A stretch of 64,000 nt of DNA from Macrostomum lignano (Eukaryota), in assembly GCA_002269645.1 (NCBI GenBank), contig NIVC01000162.1:1-64000 (forward strand), in the 5' to 3' direction. Position numbers and translations under genes: made by a program. Positions 28,657 to 42,500 of the stretch are shown here, piece by piece (the first letter of the stretch is position 1; each line of letters begins with the position of its first letter). The notes under the pieces are model-generated. The model was not told the DNA's origin. It was given only the letters and a program-made list of their open reading frames with translations, and ran no database searches.

Positions 28657-29264
28657 GTAAGTTCTGTTCCCGCAGTCATCCAATGTGTCTAATATTCTGC
28701 CAGCCTGTCGCTCTTTCTCTGTTGTAACGCCAAGTATTTTGTGTTTTCCAGTTAATTTTAAATCTTTGCAAAAAGCAAGTAAAATGCAAATTCTTTCTGT
28801 TCTCACCTGCAATATAACATTGCTGTTTATTTTTCAGCTATTCGTGCGCAAAAAAGCTGGCAATAACCGTTTAATGTTACTCTGCATTGGCCGTAGTAGT
28901 ATAGTTAGGTTATTTTTACTCGCCGCATTATCTTTGTTCGAAAAACAACACTACGAAATTCGATGCTTTTTTAAGATCATCCGCAGTGCGAGTGACTTTG
29001 CTTTGATGGCTGATGGGTTTGGCAGTAAACTTTTGGGAAGGCGATTAATCTTCATCATTGTCATTATTATTTCACATTTTGTAAGTGTCAGTTAACTGTT
29101 CGCACTACTTGAGCTTTAAGCTGAAAGCTGAAATACACACTCTTGGCTGCTTGCCCGGCAAAGCTTTTAAATTAATATGGAAAAGCCCGGCCTCAAGGAG
29201 CTTTTCTATCCAAATATTAACGCATGATTGAGAGTCCAAGTGTTGGAATGTAGATTAACTGTCA

Positions 29265-30172
29265 TAGACAGATGAATGACCGTCATGAGCTATCATAGGC
29301 AGATGAATGACCGTCATGAGCTATCATAGACAGATGAATGACCGCCATGAGCTATCATAGACAGATGAATGACCGTCATGAGCTATCATAGACAGATGAT
29401 GACCATCATTAACTATCATAGACAGATGAATGACCGCCATGAACTATCATAGACAGATGAATGACCGCCATGAGCTATCATAGACAGATGAATGACCGTC
29501 ATGAGCTATCATAGGCGGATGAATGACCGTCATGAGCTATCATAAGCGGATGAATGACCATCATGAGCTATCATAAACGATGAATGACTGTCATGAGCTA
29601 TTATAGGCGGATGAATGACCGTCATGAGCTATCATAAACGATGAATGACTGTCATGAGCTATCATAAGCGGATGAATGACCGTCATGAGCTATCATAGAC
29701 AGATGAATGACCGTGATGAGCTATCATAAGCGGATGAATGACCGCGTCATGAGCTATCATAGGCGGATGAATGACCGTGATGAGCTATCATAAGCGGATG
29801 AATGACCGCGTCATGAGCTATCATAGGCGGATGAATGACCGTCATGAGCTATCATAAGCGGATGAATGACCGTCATGAGCTATCATAGGCGGATGAATGA
29901 CCGTCATGAGCTATCATAAGCGGATGAATGACCGTGATGAGCTATCATAAGCGGATGAATGACCGCGTCATGAGCTATCATAGGCGGATGAATGACCGTC
30001 ATGAGCTATCATAAGCGGATGAATGACCGCGTCATGAGCTATCATAGGCGGATGAATGACCGTCATGAGCTATCATAGACAGATTAATGACCGTCATGAG
30101 CTATCATAAGCGGATGAATGACCGTCATGAGAGCTATCATAGGCGGATGAATGACCGTCATGAGCTATCATC
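29265..30172. repeat. ~31-bp minisatellite ATGAATGACCGTCATGAGCTATCATA(G/A)GCGG
   Basis: Direct inspection. Confidence 0.96.
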
Positions 30173-30596
30173 ATTGACAAATGAATGACAGCATGCAGTA
30201 TCTTAAACTGCTGACTGACACTGACAGTCAATAAATTCGCTAGACAAATTTCGTTTAAAAGAAGCAATTATATTTGACAGTCTTACCGACCGCAAACAGG
30301 ATTGTAAATAAAGACAGAAAACAGAAAGGCGACACGACACGTTGGATTACAAGAAAATATTTAGAAAATTTTGCATCAAAGCAGGAAAAATTAGGAATTG
30401 TTCCGACATGATGGCGGCAATATTTCTGACACACAAAAACATAATTGAACCAACGGTTCACATTATTGGCTCAATCTGGATTTTGTCATTTACTAAAAAA
30501 AATTCTATTTACTCTACTTCAAGTAGACATATATCAATTTGCTCCGTATTTCTCTAGCTTATTAAGAAATTACCATTATTTTAATGAGCTCTTGTT

Positions 30597-33500
30597 TTAT
30601 TTCCTCTTAGTTTTACCCGTCCGGCCGCGCTCGAAGCGCACCGTCTCGGCCACCAATGACGTCATTTCGGACAGGCGCTGGCAGAATGTGACAGCAGCTC
30701 CCACAGATGGATCTGAAAATCTGTACTTTTCTGCGGGATTAAGGGCTTATTTTATAGCCATGATACCAGGAATCCGGGCTTTGAAACTGTTAAAGTTCAA
30801 TCGTATCTTCTAAAAGACAGAAAATTCTCTTCTGCGCTCACCTGCGCAGTTTGCTGCAGCCTGAGAATTACCGCTATTAGCCTGGGCTGACCTCCTGTTG
30901 CCATAGTAACCGGACGAATATGGCGAACCGTTTGGACGTCGCGAACTGGCGATGCCGGAGCAGCAGAAACTGCCTGCTGAGTCCTGATGCAGCCCGTCTG
31001 CTGCGGCTGCGTCACTCAGGGATGAGCCTACTGAGCCTGCGGAGTTGGAGTCAGTCAGTCAGTCAGTCAGTCAGTCAGTCAGTCAGTCAGTCAGTCAGTC
31101 AGTCAGTCAGTCAGTCAGTCAGTCAGTCAGTCAGTCAGTCAGTCAGTCAGTCAGTCAGTCAGTCAGTCAGTCAGTCAGTCAGTCAGTCAGTCAGTCAGTC
31201 AGTCAGTCAGTCAGTCAGTCATTCAGTCAGTCAGTCAGTCAGTCAGTCAGTCAGTCAGTCAGTCAGTCAGTCAGTCAGTCAGTCAGTCAGTCAGTCAGTC
31301 AGTCAGTCAGTCAGTCAGTCAGTCAGTCAGTCAGTCAGTCAGTCAGTCAGTCAGTCAGTCAGTCAGTCAGTCAGTCAGTCAGTCAGTCAGTCAGTCAGTC
31401 AGTCAGCTCACACTGCCTGGATGGCGGCAGTCCGTGGCCCGCAGGCCGGCCCTGTGTGACTGTCGTTGGCTCCCGCCGCTGCAGAACCAGCGACTGCGCG
31501 GTTCGAATCTCCAGTAGTTCGCCCAGCGCGACACCAGGCGGCTGCAGCGGCAGCGACTCCTGCCGGGGATTCCTGCGCTGCTGCCGCGGCTGCAGCTGCT
31601 GCGCCCCGCCGGCCTCGCCCTGCTGGCCGAACAGCAGCCGGCGCTCGCGGCGCCTCTCGCGCGAAGTCGGACGAGCTGTGGAAGCGTCGGCGCCGGTGGC
31701 AGCGGCTGCAGCGGCGGCGGCGACGGCGGCGGCTGAGGCCAGATCGTTGGTCGAGCGGGATGGAGCGATGCCGCTGCTGCGGGGGTCCGGGTTCGAATCC
31801 GCATTAGCCTGCGGTTCCTGCTCGAAAATTGACCCCACAACGAGGGCCGACCCCCCAAGGCACAGTGAGTGTACATGCCCGACAATGACAAAGTCAGGGT
31901 GGCTGTAGTGTACACCCTGAGTGAGCCTGTGCCTGCGTACAAGGTCCATAACTAACTAGCATCGACTTGAAGATACTCGATAAGAGGCGGCTGTGGACTA
32001 CTTTAAGTAGCACTCACCGTTGGTTCCGCCTAATGCTGAGCTGCTGCCCGGACAGCAGGTCAACCATCATGCCAGCTCTGCTTTGAGCTGGGCTGCTTAT
32101 TTGTAAGGATTTTGCTTCAATTAGAGTAGAAGAATGACGGAGAAGGCCACGCCGCACTTGCTGCTTTATACTCGTTCTGCTCACGCAAAGCCATCCTGCA
32201 GCTCAAACCGGTGAATGGGCCGCCCAGTATATGTATGAGCCATTGGGATTATTGACTTGCCGTGGAGTGGCTTGGAGGGGAGGAGGGTAGAGAGTCAGGG
32301 GAGACCCACGCAGACGGGCCGGGCCGGCTGAATATATTGTCAACTTAGCGCCTCAAATAATCAGCAGCCAGTATTGCGTGAAATGCCATGAAACAATGAG
32401 AGAGGGTAGGCAGAGCTGGTAAGGGCTTTCGCTGTGCGTATGGCCAGGGTGAGGCACCTCTGCGCTCCAATAAGCTTCAGGAAATGTGCCTTGAGCAGAA
32501 GTAAAGTACCTGGCTTGGGAAGGCGGCACGCTATGCAAGGGGATGGGGTTCTCCTGCACTAGGGAGGTTGAGACAGGCTCTGTTTCTCATCATGATAAGC
32601 CAGTCAACGCCTAGCTCTTAGACAACATATTTTTCCCATTAATATAATTGCCTTGCATGTGTCTAACTCTAACAGGTTTGATGAGCAGAGTTGATTAATC
32701 TTCTGTCTGTCTGTCTGTTGGGTTTGAGTAGACTGCCTACGCATTTAGGCCTTAGAAACTGTCACCAAATTGTAGATTGCATATGTCTAACAAGCTGTAG
32801 AATCTATCTAACAGTCTGTAGAATCTATCTAACAGGCTGTAGAATCAATCTAACAGTCTGTAGAATCTATCTAACAGGCTGTAGAATCTATCTAGCAGGC
32901 TGTAGAATCAATCTAAAATGCTGTAGAATATATATCTAACAGTCTGTAGAATCTATCTAACAGGCTGTAGAATCAATCTAACAGTCTGTAGAATCTATCT
33001 AACAGGCTGTAGAATCTATCTAGCAGGCTGTAGAATCAATCTAAAATGCTGTAGAATATATATCTAACAGGCTGTAGAATCTATCAACAGGCTGTAGAAT
33101 CTATCTAACAGGCTGTAGAATATGTCTAACAGGCTGCAGAATCTATCTAGCAGGCTGTAGAATCTATCAACAGGCTGTAGAATCTATCTAACAGGCTGTA
33201 GAATCTATCTAACAGGCTGTAGAATATGTCTAACAGGCTGTAGAATATGTCTAACAGGCTGTAGAATATATCTAACAGGCTGTAGAATATGTCTAACAGG
33301 CTGAAGAATCTAACAGGCTGCAGAATCTATCTAACAGGCTGTAGAATATGTCTAACAGGCTGTAGAATATGTCTAACAGGCTGTAGAATCTATCAACAGG
33401 CTGTAGAATCTATCTAACAGGCTGTAGAATCTATCTTACAGGCTGTAGAATATGTCTAACAGGCTGTAGAATCTATCTAACAGGCTGTAGAATCTATCTA

Positions 33501-36500
33501 ACAGACTTAGCGCCTCAAATAATCAGCAGCCAGTATTGCGTGAAATGCCATGAAACAATGAGAGAGGGTAGGCAGAGCTGGTAAGGGCTTTCGCTGTGCG
33601 TATGGCCAGGGTGAGGCACCTCTGCGCTCCAATAAGCTTCAGGAAATGTGCCTTGAGCAGAAGTAAAGTACCTGGCTTGGGAAGGCGGCACGCTATGCAA
33701 GGGGATGGGGTTCTCCTGCACTAGGGAGGTTGAGACAGGCTCTGTTTCTCATCACGATAAGCCAGTCAACGCCTAGCTCTTAGACTACATATTTTTCCCA
33801 TTAATATAATTGCCTTGCATGTGTCTAACTCTAACAGGTTTGATGAGCAGAGCTGATTAATCTTCTGTCTGTCTGTCTGTTGGGTTTGAGTAGACTGCCT
33901 ACGCATTTAGGCCTTAGAAACTGTCACCAAATTGTACATGTAGATTGCATATGTCTAACAAGCTGTATATGTAGAATCTATCTAAAATGCTGTAGAATAT
34001 GTCTAACAGGCTATGGAATCTATCTAAACGGCTGTAGAATATGTCTAACAGGCTATGGAATCTATCTAAACGGCTGTAGAATATGTCTAACAGGCTATGG
34101 AATCTATCTAAAAGGCTGTAGGATATGTCTAACAGGCTATGGAATCTATCCAAAAGGCTGTAGAATCTATCTATCAGGCTGTAGGATATGTCTAACAGGC
34201 TGTAGGATATGTCTAACAGGCTGTAGAATCTATCTATCAGGCTGTAGGATATGTCTATCAGGCTGTAGGATATGTCTAACAGGCTGTAGGATATGTCTAA
34301 CAGGCTGTAGAATCTATCTATCAGGCTGTAGGATATGTCTAACAGGCTGTAGGATATGTCTAACAGGCTGTAGAATCCATCTAACAGGCTGTAGAATCTA
34401 TCTAACAGACTGTAGAATTAATATAACAGGCTGTAGAATCTATCTAACAGGCTGTAGAATCTATCTAACAGACTGTGTAGAACATATCTAACAGGTTGTA
34501 GAATCTATCTAACAGGCTGTAAGACATGACTACCAGGAATCTGAAAACTTTTAGTGAACCCCGAAACTGTACCGGTTTCCATGGCGACCAACAGCCGGAG
34601 CGGATCTGAAGCGGTTCCTACGGGAGCAGCAGCGCCTCAGTTGAGGCATCTTTTTACTTTGACCAGCCGCCGATGACAGCATTTGAGGTACCCTGCTGCT
34701 TCTGCTGCTGCTGCTGCTTCTGCTTCTTAGAACTGTAATTGCTTTTGTGTTCCCCTCATGTTGTTGGCAGACTCACTGCAGATATGCATGCAGCTCGTAC
34801 TTCTCAAGAGGCTGCGCATGAGTAGCTCTCGCATGTTTGGGGTCAGGGATTGGTCGGTGTTTGAAGCGTGTCTCACTGTTCTCACTTCTCACTTTGTTTC
34901 TTCCACGCTTTTTCTACAGCAAATAACACAGTTTCTGCACATGTACTTGCGCTGCATGTCAAGCAGGACTTGAACAGAGTCGGTATTAGGGTTGGGGTTT
35001 GAGTTCTGCTCAGCTCAATTTCATTTTCATACAATTTACTAATAATGTTATTATATAACGCTTTTAGTAAGCGAAATTAATGTGTTTAGCTAGTTATATG
35101 AGTGTGAAATAATTAATCAGTATGGTTAGTGACTACGCTTAATCAATGTTAGTGACCGTTATTGAGAAAAGGCAGTCAGTGACCCCAGTGAGATCAAGCA
35201 CGCAGTGACCCCAGTGAGATCAAGCACGCAGTGACCCCAGTGAGATCAAGCACGCAGTGACCCCAGTGAGATCAAGCACGCAGTGGCCCCAGTGAGATCA
35301 AGCACGCAGTGACCCCAGTGAGATCAAGCACGCAGTGACCCCAGTGAGATCAAGCACGCAGTGACCCCAGTCAGATCAAGCACGCAGTGACCCCAGTGAG
35401 ATCAAGCACGCAGTGACCCCAGTGAGATCAAGCACGCAGTGACCCCAGTGAGATCAAGCACGCAGTGACCCCAGTCAGATCAAGCACGCAGTGACCCCAG
35501 TGAGATCAAGCACGCAGTGACCCCAGTGAGATCAAGCACGCAATGACCCCAGTGAGATCAAGCACGCAGTGACCCCATGCGGACTGGGTGCAGCCGGCAC
35601 CAATCATGCAGCTGCTGACTCACTCGCAAAGCAGTTCGTGAAATTCTGCCTTTTGCCGTTCGTACTGCGAACTGGAGAGCAGCTGCCTGCTGTGCCTGCC
35701 TGTCTCGCTGCTGAAAGCATTTGGTAGCACCGGGTGGTGCAGTATTTGCTACATGGTTTTGTATAAAAACTTTTAACCAGAAATTTTCTCGATCGCAAGT
35801 GCACAGGCAAATCTACTATGAGTAGCTAGTGATATTCAAGATCGGTAAAAGTAGATCAGAAGAATCGAACACCGGTTCTTTGGGCTTTTTTCAAAAACTT
35901 TAACGCAATCTGTCATGGACTACTAAAGTAGAAGTACTGCCCACTTTAGCCCGATCTGTCATGGACCACTAAAGTAGAAGGACTGCCCACTTTAGCCCGA
36001 TCTGTCATGGACCACTAAAGTAGAAGGACTGCCCACTTTAGCCCGATCTGTCATGGACCACTAAAGTAGAAGGACTGCCCACTTTAGCCCGATCTGTCAT
36101 GGACCACTAAAGTAGAAGGACTGCCCACTTTAGCCCGATCTGTCATGGACCACTAAAGTAGAAGGACTGCCCACTTTAGCCCGATCTGTCATGGACCACT
36201 AAAGTAGAAGGACTGCCCACTTTAGCCCGATCTGTCATGGACCACTAAAGTAGAAGGACTGCCCACTTTAGCCCGATCTGTCATGGACCACTAAAGTAGA
36301 AGGACTGCCCACTTTAGCCCGATCTGTCATGGACCACTAAAGTAGAAGGACTGCCCACTTTAGCCCGATCTGTCATGGACCACTAAAGTAGAAGGACTGC
36401 CCACTTTAGCCCGATCTGTCATGGACCACTAAAGTAGAAGGACTGCCCACTTTAGCCCGATCTGTCATGGACCACTAAAGTAGAAGTACTGCCCACTTTA

Positions 36501-39500
36501 GCCCGATCTGTCATGGACCACTAAAGTAGAAGGACTGCCCACTTTAGCCCGATCTGTCATGGACCACTAAAGTAGAAGGACTGCTAGTTTTTAAAGTGCT
36601 GTCGGAGACTGGCAAGCAAGCAAAGTTGCTGAAAAATTTTATCTATTCCCTATCTTTTTAGTGTCCGTTTTGTCACTTAACGGATTTTTCGATTAAGAGC
36701 CTTCAGAAAGATAAAAAAATAATAAGTCTATAAATCCGTACTTAGACTTCTAGAGGAGGGTCTAGAGGGTACGGCTACTGGGTCTTGAGTGAAGTAAAAT
36801 TATTCAATCAGTCAATGAGCAGTCAATTGTCAGTCAATGATCACTCAATGAGCAGTCAATGAGCAGTCAATGAGCAGTCAATGAGCAGTCAATGAGCAGT
36901 CAATGAGCAGTCAATGAGCAGTCAATGAGCACTCAATGAGCAGTCAATGAGCAGTCAATGAGCAGTCAATAAGCAGTCAATGAGCAGTCAATGAGCAGTC
37001 AATGAGCAGTCAATAAGCAGTCAATAAGCAGTCAATGAGCAGTCAATGAGCAGTCAATAAGCAGTCAATAAGCAGTCAATGAGCAGTCAATGAGCAGTCA
37101 ATGAGCAGTCAATGAGCAGTCAATGAGCAGTCAATGAGCAGTCAATGAGCAGTCAATGAGCAGTCAATGAGCAGTCAATGAGCAGTCAATGAGCAGTCAA
37201 TGAGCAGTCAATGAGCATTCAATGAGCAGTCAATGAGCAGTCAATAAGCAGTCAATGAGCAGTCAATGAGCAGTCAATGAGCAGTCAATAAGCAGTCAAT
37301 AAGCAGCCAATGAGCAGTCAATGAGCAGTCAATGAGCAGTCAATGAGCAGTCAATGAGCAGTCAATAAGCAGTCAATGAGCAGTCAATGAGCAGTCAATC
37401 AGCAGTCAATGAGCAGTCAATGATACTGACCCCAGAAAGGAAATCCGATAATCTGGTCCATGACCGCCTATCAGACTGTCGGTGCTGAAGGCAGCGCAGC
37501 CCGCCGCAGCAGCGGACGCTGGCATCTGCCGGAATGACAGTTTCATGCTGTCGTAGGGCAGGTTGACGGCGTCCAGGTAGCACTGGGCGCTGAGCAGCGG
37601 CAGGCTGCCGGGTGTTCGGCCTTTCCTGTGCTGCGCCGGCGGCAGAAGAGGCTGCGAATGAGCCGCATCGACGTGTCGCATGGATTCCGATTGCTGCTGT
37701 CGCTGACGCCCTTGGCACAGCCTGCGCTTTGATGCGGCCTGCTGGCGGCTCGGCCAAGTGCTTGGCACTCGTTGCATTGTGCGTGCCTAGCGGCTGACTA
37801 TTCTTATATACCTAAGTAGTCTATTCTGGGCCTCTGTGCGGCAGCCAGTGTACTGAGACCCGAGTCTAAAGCTGAGACAGACTCTATGAAGTGCGGCTGA
37901 ATTGTTCCAGGCAAATTCTGTCTGTCATTTCTGCTTCGGCAGGGGGTGCAATTCTGGCCCTCAAACTAAAGCTCTATTTCTGAGTAAAACCCTGCAGAAT
38001 GCACACGAAGATATACTGCGAGATGAACTGCTCACAGCTGAGAAGAATTTGATTCTTAAACTCTCAGCGCCTATTCAGATATTACGACTGCCTTCCTGCC
38101 TCAGAGTGCAGCTGTGAGGGATGTAGCCGGAAGCTGCAGTGATGATGCAGCTTTGGCTTGGCTGTGCCTCGGACTCCTCTGTCCCGGCTCAATGCAAAAT
38201 GAGCAGCGGCACTCATGGGGCTGAACTCAAATACAGTGCAGTGCATCGCTTGTGCGCATCTGGGGGCCTTTGCAATCTGCTGCTTTTCTGCTTCTCCCCT
38301 CTCCCTCCTACTCTCTCTCCTCTCATCCTCTTTTCTCACCCCTCTCACCCTCTTCTTTCTCCCATCTCACCCCTCTCACCTTCCTCTCTCTCCTCTCACC
38401 CTTTTTTCTCTCCCATCTCAACCTCTTCTCTCACTCATCTCACATCTCTCACCCTCTTCTTTCTCCCATCTCACCCCTCTCACCTTCCTCTCTCTCTCCT
38501 CTCACCCTTTTCTCTCTCCCATCTCAACCTCTTCTCTCACTCATCTCACATCTCTCACCCTCCTCACCCTCCTCTCTCTCCTCTCATCCTTTTTTCTCAT
38601 CTCTCTCATCCTCCTCTCTCTTCTCTCACCCTCCTCTCTCTCCTCTCACCCTCTTCTCTCTCCCATCTCACCTCTCTCACCCTCCTCTCTCTCCTCTCAT
38701 CCTTTTTTCTCATCTCTCTCACCCTCGTCTCTCTCCTCTCACCCTCGTCTCTCTCCTATCACCCTTTTCTCTCTCCTCTCATCCCTCTCACCCTCCTCTC
38801 TCTTCTCTCACCCTCCTCTCTCTCCTCTCAAGCTCTTCTCTCTCTTTCCTCTCACCCTCCTCTCTCTCCCCTCTCTCCTCTCACTCTCCTCTCTCTCCCC
38901 TCTCACCCTCCTCTTTCTTCTCTCACCCTCCTCTCTCTCCTCTCATCCTCTTCTCTCTGCACTCTCATCGTCTTGAATAACAACCATCATCTTTCATTTT
39001 CGTAATGCCTACTGAAAGTAGCCGAGTGGGAATATTTATGGCACAATAAAGGAGAAAGATACAAGTGCGTATTATTGTGTCCTTGTCATAGAAATAATAT
39101 GAACTCTAATTCTAAACCAGCTAGCAGCACTCCTCAAAAATGTGTCAACAGAGTGACCCACAGTCCCCCACAGTGTCGGCAGAGTGATTCACACTCCCCC
39201 AGTGTCGGCAGAGTGATCCACAGGCAGCCACAGTGTCGGCAGAGTAACCCACAGTTCCCCACAGTGTCGGCAGAGTGACCCACAGTCCCCCAGAGTGTCG
39301 GTAGAGTGACCCACAGGCAGCCACAGTGTCGGCAGAGTAACCCACAGTTCCCCACAGTGTCGGCAGAGTGACCCACAGTCCCCCAGAGTGTCGGTAGAGT
39401 GACCCACAGTCCCCTACAGTGTCAGCAGAGTGACCCACAGTCCCCCACAGTGTCGGCAGAGTGACCCACAGTCCCCCACAGTGTCAGCAGACTGACCCAC

Positions 39501-42500
39501 AGTCCCCCACAGTGTCGGCAGAGTGACCCACAGTCCCCCAGAGTGTCGGTAGAGTGACCCACAGTCCCCCACAGTGTCGGCAGAGTGACCCACAGTCCCC
39601 CAGAGTGTCGGTAGAGTGACCCACAGTCCCCTACAGTGTCAGCAGAGTGACCCACAGTCCCCCACAGTGTCGGCAGAGTGACCCACAGTCCCCCAGAGTG
39701 TCGGTAGAGTGACCCACAGTCCCCTACAGTGTCAGCAGAGTGACCCACAGTCCCCCACAGTGTCGGCAGAGTGACCCACAGTCCCCCACAGTGTCGGCAG
39801 AGGCCACTCACAGATAAAAGCTGTGCGACTTGACCATTCTTTGAAAGTCGGACACGAGGCCGAGCGGTCGGTGAGTCTGCAGCTGCAGGCGGACTCGAAC
39901 CACCTCTGACGGACCCTCCGCTGTTGAGCGACCCGCCTGTCTGCCGGACGATGAAAACGCCATCTGTGCAGACTTAGACAGGGCTCAGCGCATTACAAAC
40001 TTATGGCTTTTTTAAACAGATCAGGTAATGTCTATTGGCGACGGAGAAAATGGGAAAGGGGAAGAAATATTAGAGAATTGGGGGGGGGGGAGATTTTAGA
40101 GGCAGCAGAAAGATTTGCTCTGTTCTGAGTACGCTCGTACTGTCTGAGTCGGGACAACATTTTTTGATCCCGGCGTCTGTCGCTGCGGCCTCGGCGGAAT
40201 GGCAAAATGCAGTTGCAGATGAAAAGAGAGCACGGCTAAGGTAGATGGGGAAAGGGTGGGGGTGCCCAAGGGGAGCTTGAAGAGGGAGCAGGCATTGTAG
40301 TATCGGAGGAAATGTGCGGCGGAAAGTACAAATGAGTCTTGAGGAGGGGTGGGGTAGGGGAAGGATGGGGAGAGGAATTGGTGCTTATAGTATTTGCCCT
40401 GCGGGAATGAGTGTACCATGTGGCTCGTGCAGTCACGGAGCAACTGGTGAGCAATGGGACAATGCCACAATAGGGCGACAGTGTTTTATTAATATTGCAT
40501 GTTACCGTGTCCTGCTGCACTATGCCAGTGACTGCTCATTGACTGCTCATGGGCTGCTCATCGACTGCTCATTGACTGCTCATTGACTGCTCATTGACTG
40601 CTCATTGACTGCTCATCGACTGCTCATCGACTGCTCATTGGATGCTCATTAACTGCTCATTGACTGCTCATTGACTGCTCATTGACTGCTCATCGACTGC
40701 TCATTGGCTGCTCATTGACTGCTCATCGACTGCTCATTGGCTGCTCATTGACTGCTCATCGACTTCTGATTGACTGCTCATCGAACGCTCATTGACTGCT
40801 CATTGACTGCTCATTTTCTTAGAAATGAGCTGGAGTTTGGTAGGGAATGCTCTACCTGTCGTATCGCTATGTGTATTCAGTATGCTCTCAAAAAGTCGGA
40901 TTTTTCCCGGCCGAATCTGTCTATGGTAAAACCCTATTCAGTACTTATGCGTTCTCTATAGCATTTTCTAGATTCCACAGAACTTCTGTGGATAATTCTG
41001 ATCTTCACTGCATCCACGGAAATCGATGTTTAAGCATGATTCCTATGAGAGAGGTTGCTGCTGGCTGCTATCTATGGCCGAATTATAAACTTGATAAGCA
41101 TCTGCCTTGACATTATAAACCAAGGACTACTAAAGCTTTCTAGTAGTCCTTATTATAAACTTGCTTTCCTTTTCTCCATTTGTCTCTAATGTCTATGGGC
41201 AAATCTACTGCTGCCAAATGGTAATTTATAAAACCACATGTATTGCCATAGACAAAAACTGAGTGAGGCAAAAAGGCCGTAGATCGAAGGAAAGAAAAGA
41301 GGCTTCAGGCTCTCAGCCCTTCTATTCAGCTGTATGTCTATGGTCCAACTTTTAATTCACGTTCAAGTCTCGTAAAAAAGAGCTACGAGCACGAACTAGA
41401 CTACTGGACAACAAGTTGACAAATTGACTCATGATGCTAACTTAAAGTGCCCTGGGGCATGGGGGTTGTGTCACACTGATCTCGAACCACGCACATGCAG
41501 ACCAAAACCAGTTTCAGGTTTGTTTGGCTTCGCCGTCCTCTCCCACCACTCTCAGTGTGCACAAACGCTTTTATGGCGACAATTTTCGGGCCAAGTGAGA
41601 GATTCTGCTATTCAAATCTTTATTCGTCTACTTTTCTCAGTAGTCTAAATGGAATCTCTCACAGTGGTCATTCCACTTTATCGGCCGGTAAAAGCAATAT
41701 GGCGTCGCATAAAACCAAATGGCGACCCCCTTGAAGATTCCCCCTCATGCTGCCAAATGTTGCTGACTCTTGAACATACTGCATAGTGGAATACTGTACG
41801 CGGGCACGCACTCATGCACACGCTCATTCAGGGTGTACAAGCGGCCCTGGGGCATGTATATGTACATTCTCGGTGTCTTGAGGGTTGGCCCCCTGAATCG
41901 TACGACAACCCCCTCGGGTGTGAGAGTCAGACATCGTTTTAATCGCTGAGCTGCTCCGAACTTGGCTGCCTCATGATGCTTAATGAAGTTCAAGCGAGGT
42001 CCTGCTGCGATGTACTTGATTGATGGATGCGAATGCGATTCACTATTGCATCGACTCTCCTCTTTCCCCGTCTCCCTCCTCCTTCCCAGTCTCCCTCTTA
42101 TCCTCCTTTTCCCAGTCTCTCTCTTATCCTCCTTTTCCCAGTCTCTCTCTTATCCTCCTTTTCCCAGTCTCTCTCTTATCCTCCTCTTTCCCAGTCTCCC
42201 TCTTATCCTCCTTTTCCCAGTCTCCCTCTTATCCTCCTTTTCCCAGTCTCCCTCTTATCCTCCTTTTCCCAGTCTCCCTCTTATCCTCCTCTTTCCCAGT
42301 CTCCCTCTTATCCTCCTTTTCCCAGTCTCCCTCTTATCCTCCTTTTCCTAGTCTCTCTCTTATCCTCCTCTTTCCCAGTCTCTCTCTTATCCTCCTTTTC
42401 CCAGTCTCTCTCTTATCCTCCTCTTTCCCAGTCTCCCTCTTATCCTCCTCTTTCCCAGTCTCCCTCTTATCCTCCTCTTTCCCAGTCTCTCTCTTATCCT

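Noticed and set aside
34560-34990. GC-rich patches with donor/acceptor-like sites (possible nested or extra exons)
   Set aside because: Weak polypyrimidine tracts, conflicting strands, and the 37431->32092 junction already fits without them.
35907-36584. CRISPR-like array (also considered for the 29-, 31-, 44- and 46-bp arrays)
   Set aside because: Units are head-to-tail with no unique spacers, there are no cas genes, and the context is eukaryotic intronic DNA.
37600-37786. Zinc-knuckle-like CNECQALG...H...C in an alternative frame of the 37431-37786 exon
   Set aside because: The exon chain is phase-consistent without it; using that frame would need extra frameshifts.
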